Source: Squalus acanthias (taxonomy: Eukaryota). From it: a DNA stretch of 64,000 bases. The position numbers were made by a program, and so were the translations under genes. Shown piece by piece: positions 24,001 through 34,903 of this stretch (position 1 is its first letter; every line of letters begins with the position of its first letter). The stretch spans positions 66,466,001 to 66,530,000 of the forward strand of contig CM059432.1 in assembly GCA_030390025.1 (NCBI GenBank), written 5' to 3'. The notes below the pieces were generated by a model. It was not told where the DNA came from. It saw nothing but the letters and a program-made list of their open reading frames with translations, and ran no database searches.

Positions 24001-25151
24001 TGCACCATACACCCTCTTTTTTAATTTCATCATCTTCTCTATCTCCCTCATCATCCAAGGATCCCTTGCTTTGGTTCCCTTACCCTTCCCTCTTGTTGGA
24101 ATGTACCTAGCCTGTACTTGGAACATCTCCTCCTCAAAGATCACCCATTGTTCCGTTACAGTTTTTCCTGTCAGTCTTTGGTTCCATTTTACCTTGGTTT
24201 GATCTTTTCACATCCCATTGAAGTTAGCCCTATTCCAGTTTAGAAGTTATTCTCCAGATTGTTCCTTGCTCCTCTCCATTGCTAATCTAAATCTTATGAT
24301 ACGATGATCACTCGTACCCAAGTGTTCTCCCACAGACACTTGGTCGACCTGGCCCACCTCATTCCCCAGCACCAGATCCAGCAATGCCTCCTTCCTAGTT
24401 GGGCCAAGAACATATTGGTCAAGGAAATTCTCCTGAACACATTTCAGAAATTCCTCCCCCTCCTTTCCCTTTACCCTAGCATTATCCCAATCGATATTTG
24501 GGTAATTAAAGTCCCCCAATATCACCACTCTATAGCTCTTGCATATCTCTGCGATTTCCCTGCAGATTTGCTCCTCTACCTCCCTCTCACTATTTGGAGG
24601 CCTATAGAATACCCCAAATAGCGTAATCATACCCTTTTTGCTCCTCAACTCTAACCAAATGGATTCTGTCGTTGTCCCCTCAAGAACATCCTCTTCCTTA
24701 ATCAGCACTGCCACCCCACCTCCCTTTTTTCCTTCCCTATCTTTTCTGAACACCTTGTACCCTTGAATTTTAAGTGCCCAGTCCTCACTGTTTTTAAACC
24801 ACGTTTCCGTTATTGCTACAACATCATATTACCACATGGCCAATTGTGCTTGTAGCTCACCAACCTTATTCACCACACTTTGTGCGTTTACGTACATGCA
24901 TTCTAAACCTATTTAGCAGAGAATACTATAACTGTGGGAAACTTGGCCATATAGCATGGGAGTGCTATGCGCCAAGGAATAGGGAAGGACCGAGAAAGAA
25001 TCCTGGGGGTGGTGGGTCTCAGGATGCAATAGTGTGACTGGCCCATGCCTTGGAGAAGGTAGTAAGCCAGACTGGAGGTAAATGTCATTCCTCCAAGGGA
25101 GGAGACGGAGGGGAACCTAAGCTGGAACCCTCCACACCCTCCGAGCAATGA
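21075..25151 (+). pseudogene. gag: gag, split by a CR1 insertion
   Basis: ATG 14 nt after the PBS, then capsid-like helical segments. After the CR1 comes the knuckle (Y)YNCGKLGHIAWEC (CX2CX4HX4C with first C changed to Y). Ends EPSTPSEQ-TGA. Confidence 0.75.
22095..24905 (-). mobile_element. CR1 LINE (endonuclease + RT ORF2, 3' tail) inserted in gag
   Basis: APE motif VVILGDFNYPNIDW; RT motifs GVPQGSVL and KFADDTKL. Same subfamily as 50521-51963. Confidence 0.95.
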
Positions 25152-27660
25152 AGGGGTCGTAACAGCCAGCTATCATATTGTGCCCACTCAGGTATGACAG
25201 CCACAGAAGACTGACCATGGATTTAATGGTAGAAGGAAAGTAAGGGGAATACCTGGCAGATACAGGGGCGTCGCATACCGTGGTCCACGCGAAGGATCCG
25301 CGGAGGTCCAATTGGTCTAGCGGTGAACCCTACGTTTTGGGAGAATTTACGGGAAATACGCTGCCTGGCATGGTATCAAAACCTCTTCGCATACAAGTGG
25401 GGCCACTTGGAATAAAGTGGGTACGCATATTAATGAATTGGGACAAGGCGAGAGGAGTATTGGGATCAGATTGTATGGAAGCAAATGGCTTAGTGATAGA
25501 TCTAGTTAATCACTGTTTATGGAAGGGCAGTGAAGGACAGTGTGTTCTGCTGGATGGACAAGGAAAGGAGAGTGTGGTTTCGGGAAAGGGAGCATATGAC
25601 TGGGAGGCACTAGTGAAAAAAGCCCTGAGTGGAGTAAAGCCATTAGAGAGCAGGAGAAGGGGGCGTTTGCCCAACACAAACACGACTGCGGGAGAATACC
25701 AGGAGTAGAGGTGGTAGTAGAGGGAGAACCTATGAAAACCCCGCAGAGGCAATATAATTTCCCCAAAGAAGCAGAGAGGGATTTAGAGGTAGTGGTAAAG
25801 TCCCTCGTGGATCAAGGGGTCTTAAGAACTCTGGCGATACACGTAAATTCACCGATTTGGCCTGTTAAGAAACCAGATGGATCATGGAGGACAATGATTG
25901 ATTATAGGGTATCAAATAAGAACATTCCTGCATGTGCCCCAACGGTCGCTGCTGTGACAGATTTGATTGGCTGTACACCAAGCTCCGTGGAAGGATACAC
26001 TGTGTTGGATATTTCGAATGGGTTTTGGTCTATTCCAATGAGAAAAGAAGATCAGTACAAATTTGTCTTCACCTTTAAAGGGCAGCAGTACACGTGGACA
26101 TGTCTGCCACAAGGGTTTCATAATAGCCCTTCACTATTCCATCAGCAAATGGCTAAGTGTTTTGAAGTGTTTTCCGGCAGGGACAAGCTGATCCAGTATG
26201 TGGATGACTTGTTACTATTCACAAAGACTCCTGAGGAACATATGGTGTTGCTGAAGGAGTTGTTGCAGCTCCTAATGCGATGCGGGTTGAAGGTAAACCC
26301 AAAAAAGGCTCAGATAGGGCAAAAGGAGGTACAACTTTTGGGGCTCACACTGCGACTGGGAGAGAGAGGCATAGATGAGGCAAAAAGGAAAGCGGTACAA
26401 GAGTTACCGATACCGGAGGATGTTCCGGCTTTAAGATCGTTTTTAGAACTGACGGGATATTGCCGTGAGTTTATAGAAAATTATGCAGGTATAGCTTGAC
26501 CTTTGTACACATTAACACGGAAGTCAGCCAAATGGGAGTGGACAGAGGAATGTGAGAGGGCTTTTCACACACTTAAGGAAAAGCTGCAAACAGCCCCAGC
26601 TTTGGGAGTGATAGACCCTACGCAGAATTTCTGGCTAGAGTGCGCAGCTATGGAAGCTAGTTTAAGTGCAGTACTGTTACAATCAGCCCATGGGAAACTT
26701 AGACCAGTAGCGTACGCTTTTCAGACATTAACTCCGGTAGAAATGGCGTACTCATCATGTGAGATGTTAGCTACCTAGTGGGCAGTTGAGCACTTTGCTG
26801 TATTTATGGGAGCCGCCACGGTAACCCTGAGAACGGGACATAATCCAACAAGATTATTGGTAGATGGGAGAATTAAAGAAGGGACGGTGTCCAGCCCTAC
26901 TATTAGTAGATGGAGTGTGTTACTGGGGTCATATGATCTGAAGGTGGAACCATTGAACCACCCGACCCTCGCATTAAATATGGAGTACACGGGAAAACCA
27001 CATCAATGTACAGTAGAGGGGATGTGGGAAATAGAAGGAGGATTTAAGAAGGGCATTCACCCGCAGGGGAGAGACATCTTTGTAGATGGATCCAGTTATA
27101 TGGAAAAGGGAGAAAGGCAGATGGGATGTGGAATTTGGGATCCAAGTAATGAGATAGCCGTGTCACTGAAATTACCGAATCATCTGAGTGCACAGCAAGT
27201 GGAGTTGGCTGCTGTTGCACATGTAGTAACCCACCCAACTGAGTTCCCACCACATTATACTGTCTGTTCGGATTTTATGTTTGTTTGTAATTCACTGACG
27301 GAGTTTCTAACGATTTGGGGAAAGCGAGGATTTAGATCAGCAGACAGGAAACCACTCTTAAATGGCCCTCTGCTGAAGATGGTGCTGCAGGTGATCAGGA
27401 ACAATGAAGGGAAATATGACTGTTTTATACACAAAGTGAAGGCTCACTCTAAGACAGAGCTGAGATGGGAAGGAAACGAGAATTCAGACATGCAAAGCAA
27501 AGAAAGGTACTGTAGGAGGAGTGCCTTAGGATCCCATGGAAGGAATGGGAGAAATAGCAATGATGGCGGCGGTTGAGCCAGTGAGAGTGAGTGATCTTAT
27601 GGAAGTGCAAAAGGCAGGTCCAGTACTCAGGGAGGTGTTAGGCAAACTAGAAAAGGGGGA

Positions 27661-27742
27661 AATAACAACAGAAAACGCTGGAAAAACTCAGCAGGCCAGG
27701 CAGCATCCGTAGAGAGAGAAAGAGAGTTGACGTTTCAGGTCG
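27661..27742 (-). mobile_element. 82-bp 3' tip of a Penelope-like element inserted in pol
   Basis: Reverse complement of about 20844-20926. 12-bp TSD AGAAAAGGGGGA (27649-27660 / 27743-27754). Confidence 0.9.
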
Positions 27743-28955
27743 AGAAAAGGGGGAGCCTGTTGAGGGACCCGATGGAAGACCTGAAGTGGGAATAAAAGAA
27801 GGGATGTTGTTTAAGAATGATAAATGGGTGGTGCCTACAGCCCAGAGGGAGGATTTTCTCTGATTAGTACATGGGGGACCGGGAGCAGGGAATCCTAGTG
27901 TAGAGGAAACGTGGAGAAGAGTAAATGCAGTGGGATGGTGGCCTCATCAGAGAGAGGATGTGGAGGATTTTTGTCATAATTGTCTGATTTGTGCAGCCAA
28001 TAATCCAGACCCACATAGGAGAAAGGTACCTTTGGGGTGCACCCAAAGATCAGAAGGGCCTTGGCAGTGTGTGCAGATAGATTTTATAGGACCTCTCCCA
28101 ATATCCAGCAGAGGGAATAAGTACTGTTCAGTTCTGGTAGATAACTTTACCAAATGGGTTGAGGCGTTTCCATGTAAGGCAGCTACTGTCCTAACTACAG
28201 CTAAAATCCTGGTGAAGGAGGCATTCTCTAGATGGGGACTACCATGGATCATGGAATCAGATCAGGGAAGTCACTTTACTGGACAGGTACTGCAAGCGAA
28301 TTTGAAACTGCTGGCTATTGAAGGGAAATGACATGTAAGCCATAATCCGCAGTCCTCAGGAATTGTAGAGCGCATGAATAGAACCCTAAAAGAAAGACTT
28401 AGGAAAGAACTGGATGAACAAAAGAAGAAATGGGATGAAGTGTTACCACTGGTGTTGATAAATATTAGGGGGAGTACCTCTCATACAACAGGGTATTCAC
28501 CTCATGAGTTGATGACAGGGAGACCTATGAGAACACCGTTACACTTATTGGTACCTGTTCTGACTGAAAGACAGGAGAATGAAGTAACTCAGGACAGATT
28601 TGTGAGAGACCTGAAGAAACAGTTGGAGGAGCTCTGTAGACAAGCTGCAGGGAATATTGGCAGAAAACATCAAACCAATAAAATTAATTTAGAACCACAC
28701 AAACCACAGGAATGAGACATAGGGGATCAGGTGATGGTGAGGAATTATGCTCGGGTAGGAGTGTTTGAACCGCTGTATAAGGGACCGTATAATATTGTGG
28801 AAAAAGCTCGCCCACTGGTATATATGGTACAACTACCCAAGAAGGTAAAATGGTTCCACATCAATCAAATGAAACTGTACAAACCCCAAAGGAAACAACA
28901 GAGAGCGGAAGGGACTGTTATAAGTATGATAAAATGTGGACCATGGAAGATGAGT

Positions 28956-29330
28956 CATCGAGTCATACAGTCATAACGGCACAGAAGGAGGCCATTCGGC
29001 CCATTGAGTCCATGCCGACTCTCTGCAGAGCAATCCAGTCAGTCCCATTCCCCCGCTCTATCCCCATAGCCCTGCAAGTTTATTTCCCTCAAGTGCCTAT
29101 CCAGTCTCCCCTTGAAAACATTGAGTGTGTCTGCTTCCACCACTTCCGTCGGCAGCGAGTTCCAGGTCCTCACCACTCGCTGCGTAAAAAGTTTTTCCTC
29201 GCATTCCCCCTGTATCTCTTGCCCAAAACCTTAAACCTGTGTCCCCTAATCCTTGTACCATCAACTAGTGGTTTTCCCTGTCTAGCCTATCCAAACCCAT
29301 CATAATCTTGTACACCTCTATCAAATCACA
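28956..29330 (-). mobile_element. CR1 3' end fragment inserted in the integrase C-terminus
   Basis: Near-identical to 22100-22450 and 52084-52350. Confidence 0.9.
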
Positions 29331-29625
29331 TCAAATCAAATCAAATCCTCTATCAATGAGGGTGTACTTTGTTGATTCATCCACAGAGACAGCCACAAGG
29401 GCCTCCAGTATCAGTCCCAGCCCCTCGAAGAATGGCAACAGGAGGTGCCAACAACAGAAAGGGAGAGAGCCCAAAGAGAGCTAGCCCTAGAGGCCCGAAA
29501 TATAACTTGAGGAGTCATAAATGCCAAGGGCATGCATGTAAATTCTGTAAATGAATAAGTTACTTATTTAACCAATCGGATCTGCGTAGCCTGGATAGTG
29601 TAGTAGGGGCCAACGCAAAGCGAAC

Positions 29626-29647
29626 CTTTGTTTATTTTATTTTACAG
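29626..29647 (+). promoter_or_regulatory. Probable env splice acceptor
   Basis: T-rich tract TTTGTTTATTTTATTTTACAG ending 24 nt before the env ATG. Confidence 0.7.
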
Positions 29648-29671
29648 GGAAAAAGGGAAAAGGAGGAAGAG

Positions 29672-32630
29672 ATGAAGAGTGTGTTAGCGCTTCTCTTGGG
29701 AATCATGTGGTACGAAAGTATGACCTCCGAAGTAGATTGGTGCTCATCGATGGTCACCTACCTGGGGAAAATGGCCGAAGCTGAAACATACTCTAAGGAA
29801 CTGTATTTTGCATGTCCTTTTGACAGTAACAACAGCTCTGAAAAAGGGGCAACAGGATGCAAGGGTAATTTAGCTTTGGTAAAGGTGCTAGAGGTAAAGG
29901 AAGGGAGACGAATCTGTGAAAAACGTAGCTTTGAGTCACCAGTGGATAGTAACAAGTGCACAATACCTAAATTACGCAATGCCACAGACATAGTACTGTT
30001 CACGCCTGCACCGGGAAAACCTAGTGTGGAAGGGTTAAATGCAGAAGCGGCTGTATCTGTAAGATTGTACGGGGGAAAAATTGGGTTCATTTGCGCCTCT
30101 CATTAAACGGGGCACAAATCCCCTAGCGCCTCCCGCAGCGGTAGCTGGTAGCGCCCAGTAGCGCTGCGCCACCGACGATAACATTATCGATGTGCACAGC
30201 GCCCCGCTTGCACCCCAGTCGCAAACTTCCCTTGTGCCCCTGACCTATCGCCGGACGATATGTCCGACAGGGTCAGGGGGCGCTTTTGCAGCGGCGGCGG
30301 CGGTAGTTAAAAGGGCAGGTGTCGGGTGGCCACCTTTTTTTGGCCGACTGCCAACACTTGCCCCCTTTCCCTTTTTTTTTCAGGGTGCCGGCCGCGCTCG
30401 CTCAGCCCGGCACTCCATTGCAGGCCTCCTCCCTTTAATCAGGGGAGGAGGCCTGCAATGACACGGTGCTATGTGCCTACGCGCGTGCCGTTGTTGCACG
30501 TAGCGCCGCGATCTTCAGTAGTAGCGCCCCAAGAAGGAGGTAGAGCACTTCCAGTAGCGCCCCACCTCCTGCTTGGGGTGCCACCACTGAATTTCCGGCA
30601 GAGGGGCGCTAACTTTTTCGGGACGCTAAAATTAGCGGCCTGTTGATGTTAGCGCCCCAAAAGGGGCGCCACCCAATTTTTCCCCCTACGAAACCAATCA
30701 ATCTGTGAGTGACGGTATAGTCTACTGTTGGCCGAATTGGAATAAGCAATACGAGGGCAAATATTATTGTGAGCGTAGTGCCTTTGGGAATAATGTAGCA
30801 GGAAAGAGTGCGAGTAAAGAAGTAAACCATCAAACTATAATAATGTATCATTTAAAAACAACACCAAAGAAAACACCTGATTTAAAACAACAAAAATCTC
30901 CAGAGTGTCCAAAGCAAATACCAGGACCCAAAAATGGCCTGGTATTGGTCCCAACCAATCCGATTTTATATCAAAACGTTCTTTATCAGATAATTCCAGT
31001 TATTTTGAATTTGACCGAGGCAAGATGGCCAAGCTGGTGTAAAAGAGACACCCGAAAGCCGATAGATAAAATGCGGCAACAAGTAGTTAAAGATTTTTGG
31101 GGGGACACTGGAGATTCATGGGAATCCAAAGATTTGATAAATCATTAGGAAGAAGTGGAGAAGTAGCCGACTCCACCTACTATAGTGGTCACGACCCAAA
31201 GCCCACAAGGAAAGAGGAAGAGAAGGAGTTTGATTAATGATATAGTGACGGGAGTCAACACAGCAGGAATGGCTTCTAATAGATTAGATTTAGTAACAAT
31301 GAATCGTGAATTAAGGAAAGCTAAGCAGCAAATCAAAAGTATCTTACAGCAAAGCAATAATTTAATGCAACAGCAACTATACGAGGACCTGATAATGACT
31401 CTCCATTTAACAAAACTTACTAATCCTATTTTAGATACTGCTAGAAAGGTGGATCAGCTCATCAAGGAAGATCGAAATGCTAGTACAGAGGCAGCTCAGA
31501 ATTACATGTGCATGATGTGTGGGAATTAGTTGGTAGAACAAACCCGCCATCATTTAGAGAAATTAGAGGAGGGATATGTTTCTGATTGGATTAGCAATGA
31601 ACACTTAACACAATTGACAGATTATGAAATTTCACCTAATGTGAGTATATGTAAATTAAGAAGGTCGATTAAGGCTCAAGTAGTTTATCACAAATGTGAT
31701 AGTCCTGCTAATGATACAGTGGTAGGAATAGTGTTGAAATTCCCTCTCATAACTCCAAAACATCAGGGATATCCCCTGTTTAGAGTAGAAAACATTGGAC
31801 ATGTATTGTATGGGACACAAATAGTAACGGAGCACCGAGACAATGCTCCTTATGTAGCCTGTAACGCCTCCGCGAGTGCAGCGGATAGGTGGATTCCCAT
31901 AGACCTGGTGGGATGTCAGCAAGTGAGAGAGACAGTAATTTATCCCTGTAGATTACATGACCATAAAGGATCAGCATGTGGATTCTCTGGGAAGAGGGCA
32001 AATTGTACCATGTAATCTATATCAGGAAGACGTGGAGTTGTTAACTCTGCTTATAGAGGGAATGGAATGATTTGTGTAACCACAACTGTAAAATCTTTTA
32101 TTTATGGAAATAATTTGATATGCCCAGTTATACAACCAACCTTTTGTATTAAGCCTGTTCATGTGGTATTGATAGGACATAGGATTCTACAACCCTTACA
32201 CCTAGGAAAGGAAACTGGTATTGATGTATCAGACCCACTCTCGAATTTGAACATGGAAGAATTTGTTAGTAAGTTTGGCTATGATATAGATTTACTTGAA
32301 CCCGAAGTTTAGGCTAAAATAACTAAATTACTGAATGATCTTCATGTAACCCAGCATGTATTGTGGAAATTAAAGCAAAGACAAAGTGAAGTGGGGAAAG
32401 ACATGCAAAATATCAAAATTATCCCATGGTGGAAACAATTATGGAATTGGGGAACTACAGTTGAGATAAATCCTTGGATAAGAATCGTGTCTCATGTATT
32501 GGTCATAATCCAATTGATCATTGTGATCTATTTGCAATGTCCGTCGATGGCATAGAAAAGACGGCAGAAGAAGAGACAGCAAAAGTTAATGCGTGAGGTC
32601 TTGTTTCAGCAAGAACAGAAGTTGGTTTAA
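29672..32630 (+). pseudogene. env: env: class I fusion glycoprotein, 779 codons after MITE removal, six nonsense codons
   Basis: Signal peptide MKSVLALLLGIMW, furin site RKRR (31215-31226), fusion peptide SLINDIVTGVNTAG, HR1, Cys-rich region, HR2, Trp-rich PWWKQLWNW, TM helix, basic tail. Confidence 0.9.
30071..30686. mobile_element. Harbinger MITE inserted in env
   Basis: Perfect 16-bp TIR GGGGGAAAAATTGGGT and TSD TAC. Excision restores the env frame (VRLY/ETNQSVSDG). Confidence 0.95.
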
Positions 32631-32670
32631 AAGTGACTGATTCCCTGATGAGTCAGTACATCAGTCACTT

Positions 32671-32679
32671 GGGGGTGGA
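32671..32679 (+). promoter_or_regulatory. Polypurine tract
   Basis: GGGGGTGGA, 4 nt before the TGTAG that starts the 3' LTR. Confidence 0.65.
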
Positions 32680-32683
32680 CTCC

Positions 32684-33713
32684 TGTAGCCAGTCCTGCAG
32701 CAAGAATGCACTTAACTTAAAGTAAACCGACATTAAAGGGTTAAGCGGCTGTACTGTACAGGAAGTTTTGTAAATTGGCCAATCATAAGAAATTGACCAA
32801 GCTTCATATCCCAGCATGCCTCGAAGAACCAACGGGTCTTTTAAATGAACTTTTTAAACAAGCTGTGAGCTGAACGGAATGCAGGAGGAAATTATTCATA
32901 CAGAGACACAGACATGATTGATTGACTTTATGAATATGCGAACCAAGGAAGTAGCTGGAGTAATCAGGCCACACAATGACATGTGTTTGTTTAAATTTAA
33001 CTGACTGCCCTGTCCATTGGTCAGGCTGTTAACAAGACTTACAAATCAACACAACAGGTAACAATCATGGTTCCACCAAGTCTGGATCGGTTCCCTCATC
33101 CTTTGGAGATGTTAATATCAAAATTGTTGCTGGAGTAAAACCCATTCGCCAACCTTTCAGAATGCAGATAAGCCCGGAACTTTTCCCCATCAAAACACCT
33201 TTGTGTGATAATGGACTATTCACTGACCCAGGATGGAGAAGTGATCAAATCAAGTACTCTATAGATTTGCAGAAACAGACAAGATTAAGATGGTATAATC
33301 AAAGTGTGTGGGGGGGGAGGGGTGGTGGGGGGTTGCGTCAATCAATTGTCATGGGTATGATCTTTGTATTATAAAAAGGGTGCGTTTAGGGACAAACTTC
33401 GACAACTTGCAAGGGAACTGCAGACAGATTTGATCACCCGTACAGATGGAAACACACTCCTCTGAGTGATCGCGGGGGTGAGTGGTGTTTGAAATTAAAG
33501 AGAGTTAAAGGGAACAGTGTATGTAAGTACTATTTGAAGTTAAAGGGAACAGTGCATTGATGTTTGTATGTTATCCTTAGTACAAGAAACAGTTAAAAGA
33601 ATACTGAGTTGTACTGAGTTGTGAGCCTTGACTATTTTACCCCACCCGGACGGTTTCAGGTTAGATTCTGGAATTAGAGTATAAGAGGGAAGGTGCGGGT
33701 TCGCCTACCGACA
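32684..33713 (+). repeat. ERV 3' LTR (about 1.03 kb)
   Basis: TGTAG...GACA termini; TATAAAA near 33370; matches the 5' LTR from 33036 onward. Confidence 0.9.
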
Positions 33714-34178
33714 GTAGTGAGATATTGAAATTTTAACGTTCTAGAAAGCCCTTGCAAGTTATTTGATTGACTGCAGATTCTATTACGCGTACCGTTAAAA
33801 TGTTTAATTTTTAACAAACTTTAAAAGACAGTACAGAGACTGCCAACCACACTGCACTGGTGAGACCATTCTCCACACCTCCCCCCAGGCAGACCCACCA
33901 GTGTAGGCTGGGGAACCTGCCAACATTATTCAACTGACCCTGACCCCAGAAAATAAATCTAGGCAAAGGGCACTTCTTTGTGGCGGACAAAGTTTTGCCA
34001 ATCTGCACTTCCTCTGACATCATGGGCGAGTGGATCCAAGCTATATTCTTAGAACCAGAGAGTACAGATATTTTCTAGTTTTGCATTTCTGCGGTGAGAT
34101 ACCGATTGCGCTGTTGCACCCGTTCTTATTGTTTCTCACAATAAACCAGTTGCACATGTCCTTTAGTTTGGATACAAC

Positions 34179-34903
34179 GGGCCAAAAATTAGTCTTAGTA
34201 CGCGAGAGTACGCACTGTGTACTCTCGCGTATTCTGTCTCCAATTGCCGGTTTTCTGCATGCGCTGAAAACCGGCACTTGGTGAACTCAAAAGGGGGCGG
34301 TTCCTAAGTGCACTGCGTGCATGCTACAGGCTGCGCGCACGCAGTGCACTTAGTGCTTTGAACGTGCAGGTAAGCATGGAAGATTTTGCACATAAAGAAA
34401 GGAGGCGTAAGACCCTCTTTTAACAAGTTAATTAAGTATTATTTTAAAAAATTTTCAACAGGTTTATCTTTTTTAGAGACTTTAAAGAAAGGTAAGTTTA
34501 TTTTTATAACTTTTAAAAAGATTTTAAATTTTTTCAAAAATTTAATTTTTTGTTTAAAGTGGTTAATTTATTTAAGTATACTTATTTTATTAATGTGATG
34601 GTTTCTTTTAAAAATTTAATTGAGGTTTAGCTGTTCTTTTGGGGGGGTATAGATTCATAGCTTTGACAGCCCTTGCTGTCAAAACTATGAATGAAAGATG
34701 GTGTGCTGCCATTGGCTCTAACTGAATCACGTGATCCCACAGCTCGCACGAATTAACTGCGTCTGTGGGATACGCACACACTGCACAGCTGCAGCCTTGA
34801 AACTAAAGTTCGTGTGAGCTCGGAAGGAAAAGGCAGGCGCGCAGTGAGATATCGCGGGGAAGCCTTACCCCCGCAGGAAGGCTCCGTCTTTAATTTCTGG
34901 GCC
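34179..34903. mobile_element. Harbinger-type MITE with internal palindromes and AT-rich core
   Basis: TIRs GGGCCAAAAATTA / TAATTTCTGGGCC (11 of 13 match); TSD AAC. Confidence 0.8.

Larger units (their letters stand above)
25178..29554 (+). pseudogene. pol: pol: protease, RT, tether, RNase H, integrase
   Basis: YLADTGAS; NSPIWPVKKPDGSWR, LPQGFHNSP, QYVDDLL; tether LRPVAYA; RNase H IFVDGS...SAQQVELAAV...KVKAH; IN QIDFIGPL, SDQGSHF, GIVERMNRTLK, KGPY. Stops and frameshifts throughout. Confidence 0.95.
19955..33713 (+). mobile_element. Endogenous retrovirus (LTR-gag-pol-env-LTR), decayed, lokiretrovirus-like
   Basis: Paired LTRs, PBS, PPT, gag zinc knuckle, PR/RT/tether/RNase H/IN and env. Five secondary insertions. 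Confidence 0.93.

Noticed and set aside
29672..32630. Domesticated syncytin-like env, or APOBEC-type hypermutation
   Set aside because: Six stops and a MITE exclude function. Stops across the provirus appear to have mixed origins (CGA, CAG, TGG), so there is no clear G-to-A signature.
32645..32670. CTGATGA as a hammerhead core
   Set aside because: No downstream GAAA or stem II geometry.
19955..33713. Assignment as a foamy virus or an ordinary Gypsy element
   Set aside because: The CCHC gag, Lys3-type PBS, classical signal peptide and lack of accessory ORFs argue against foamy; tether plus second RNase H and env argue against ordinary Gypsy. Phylogeny is still needed.
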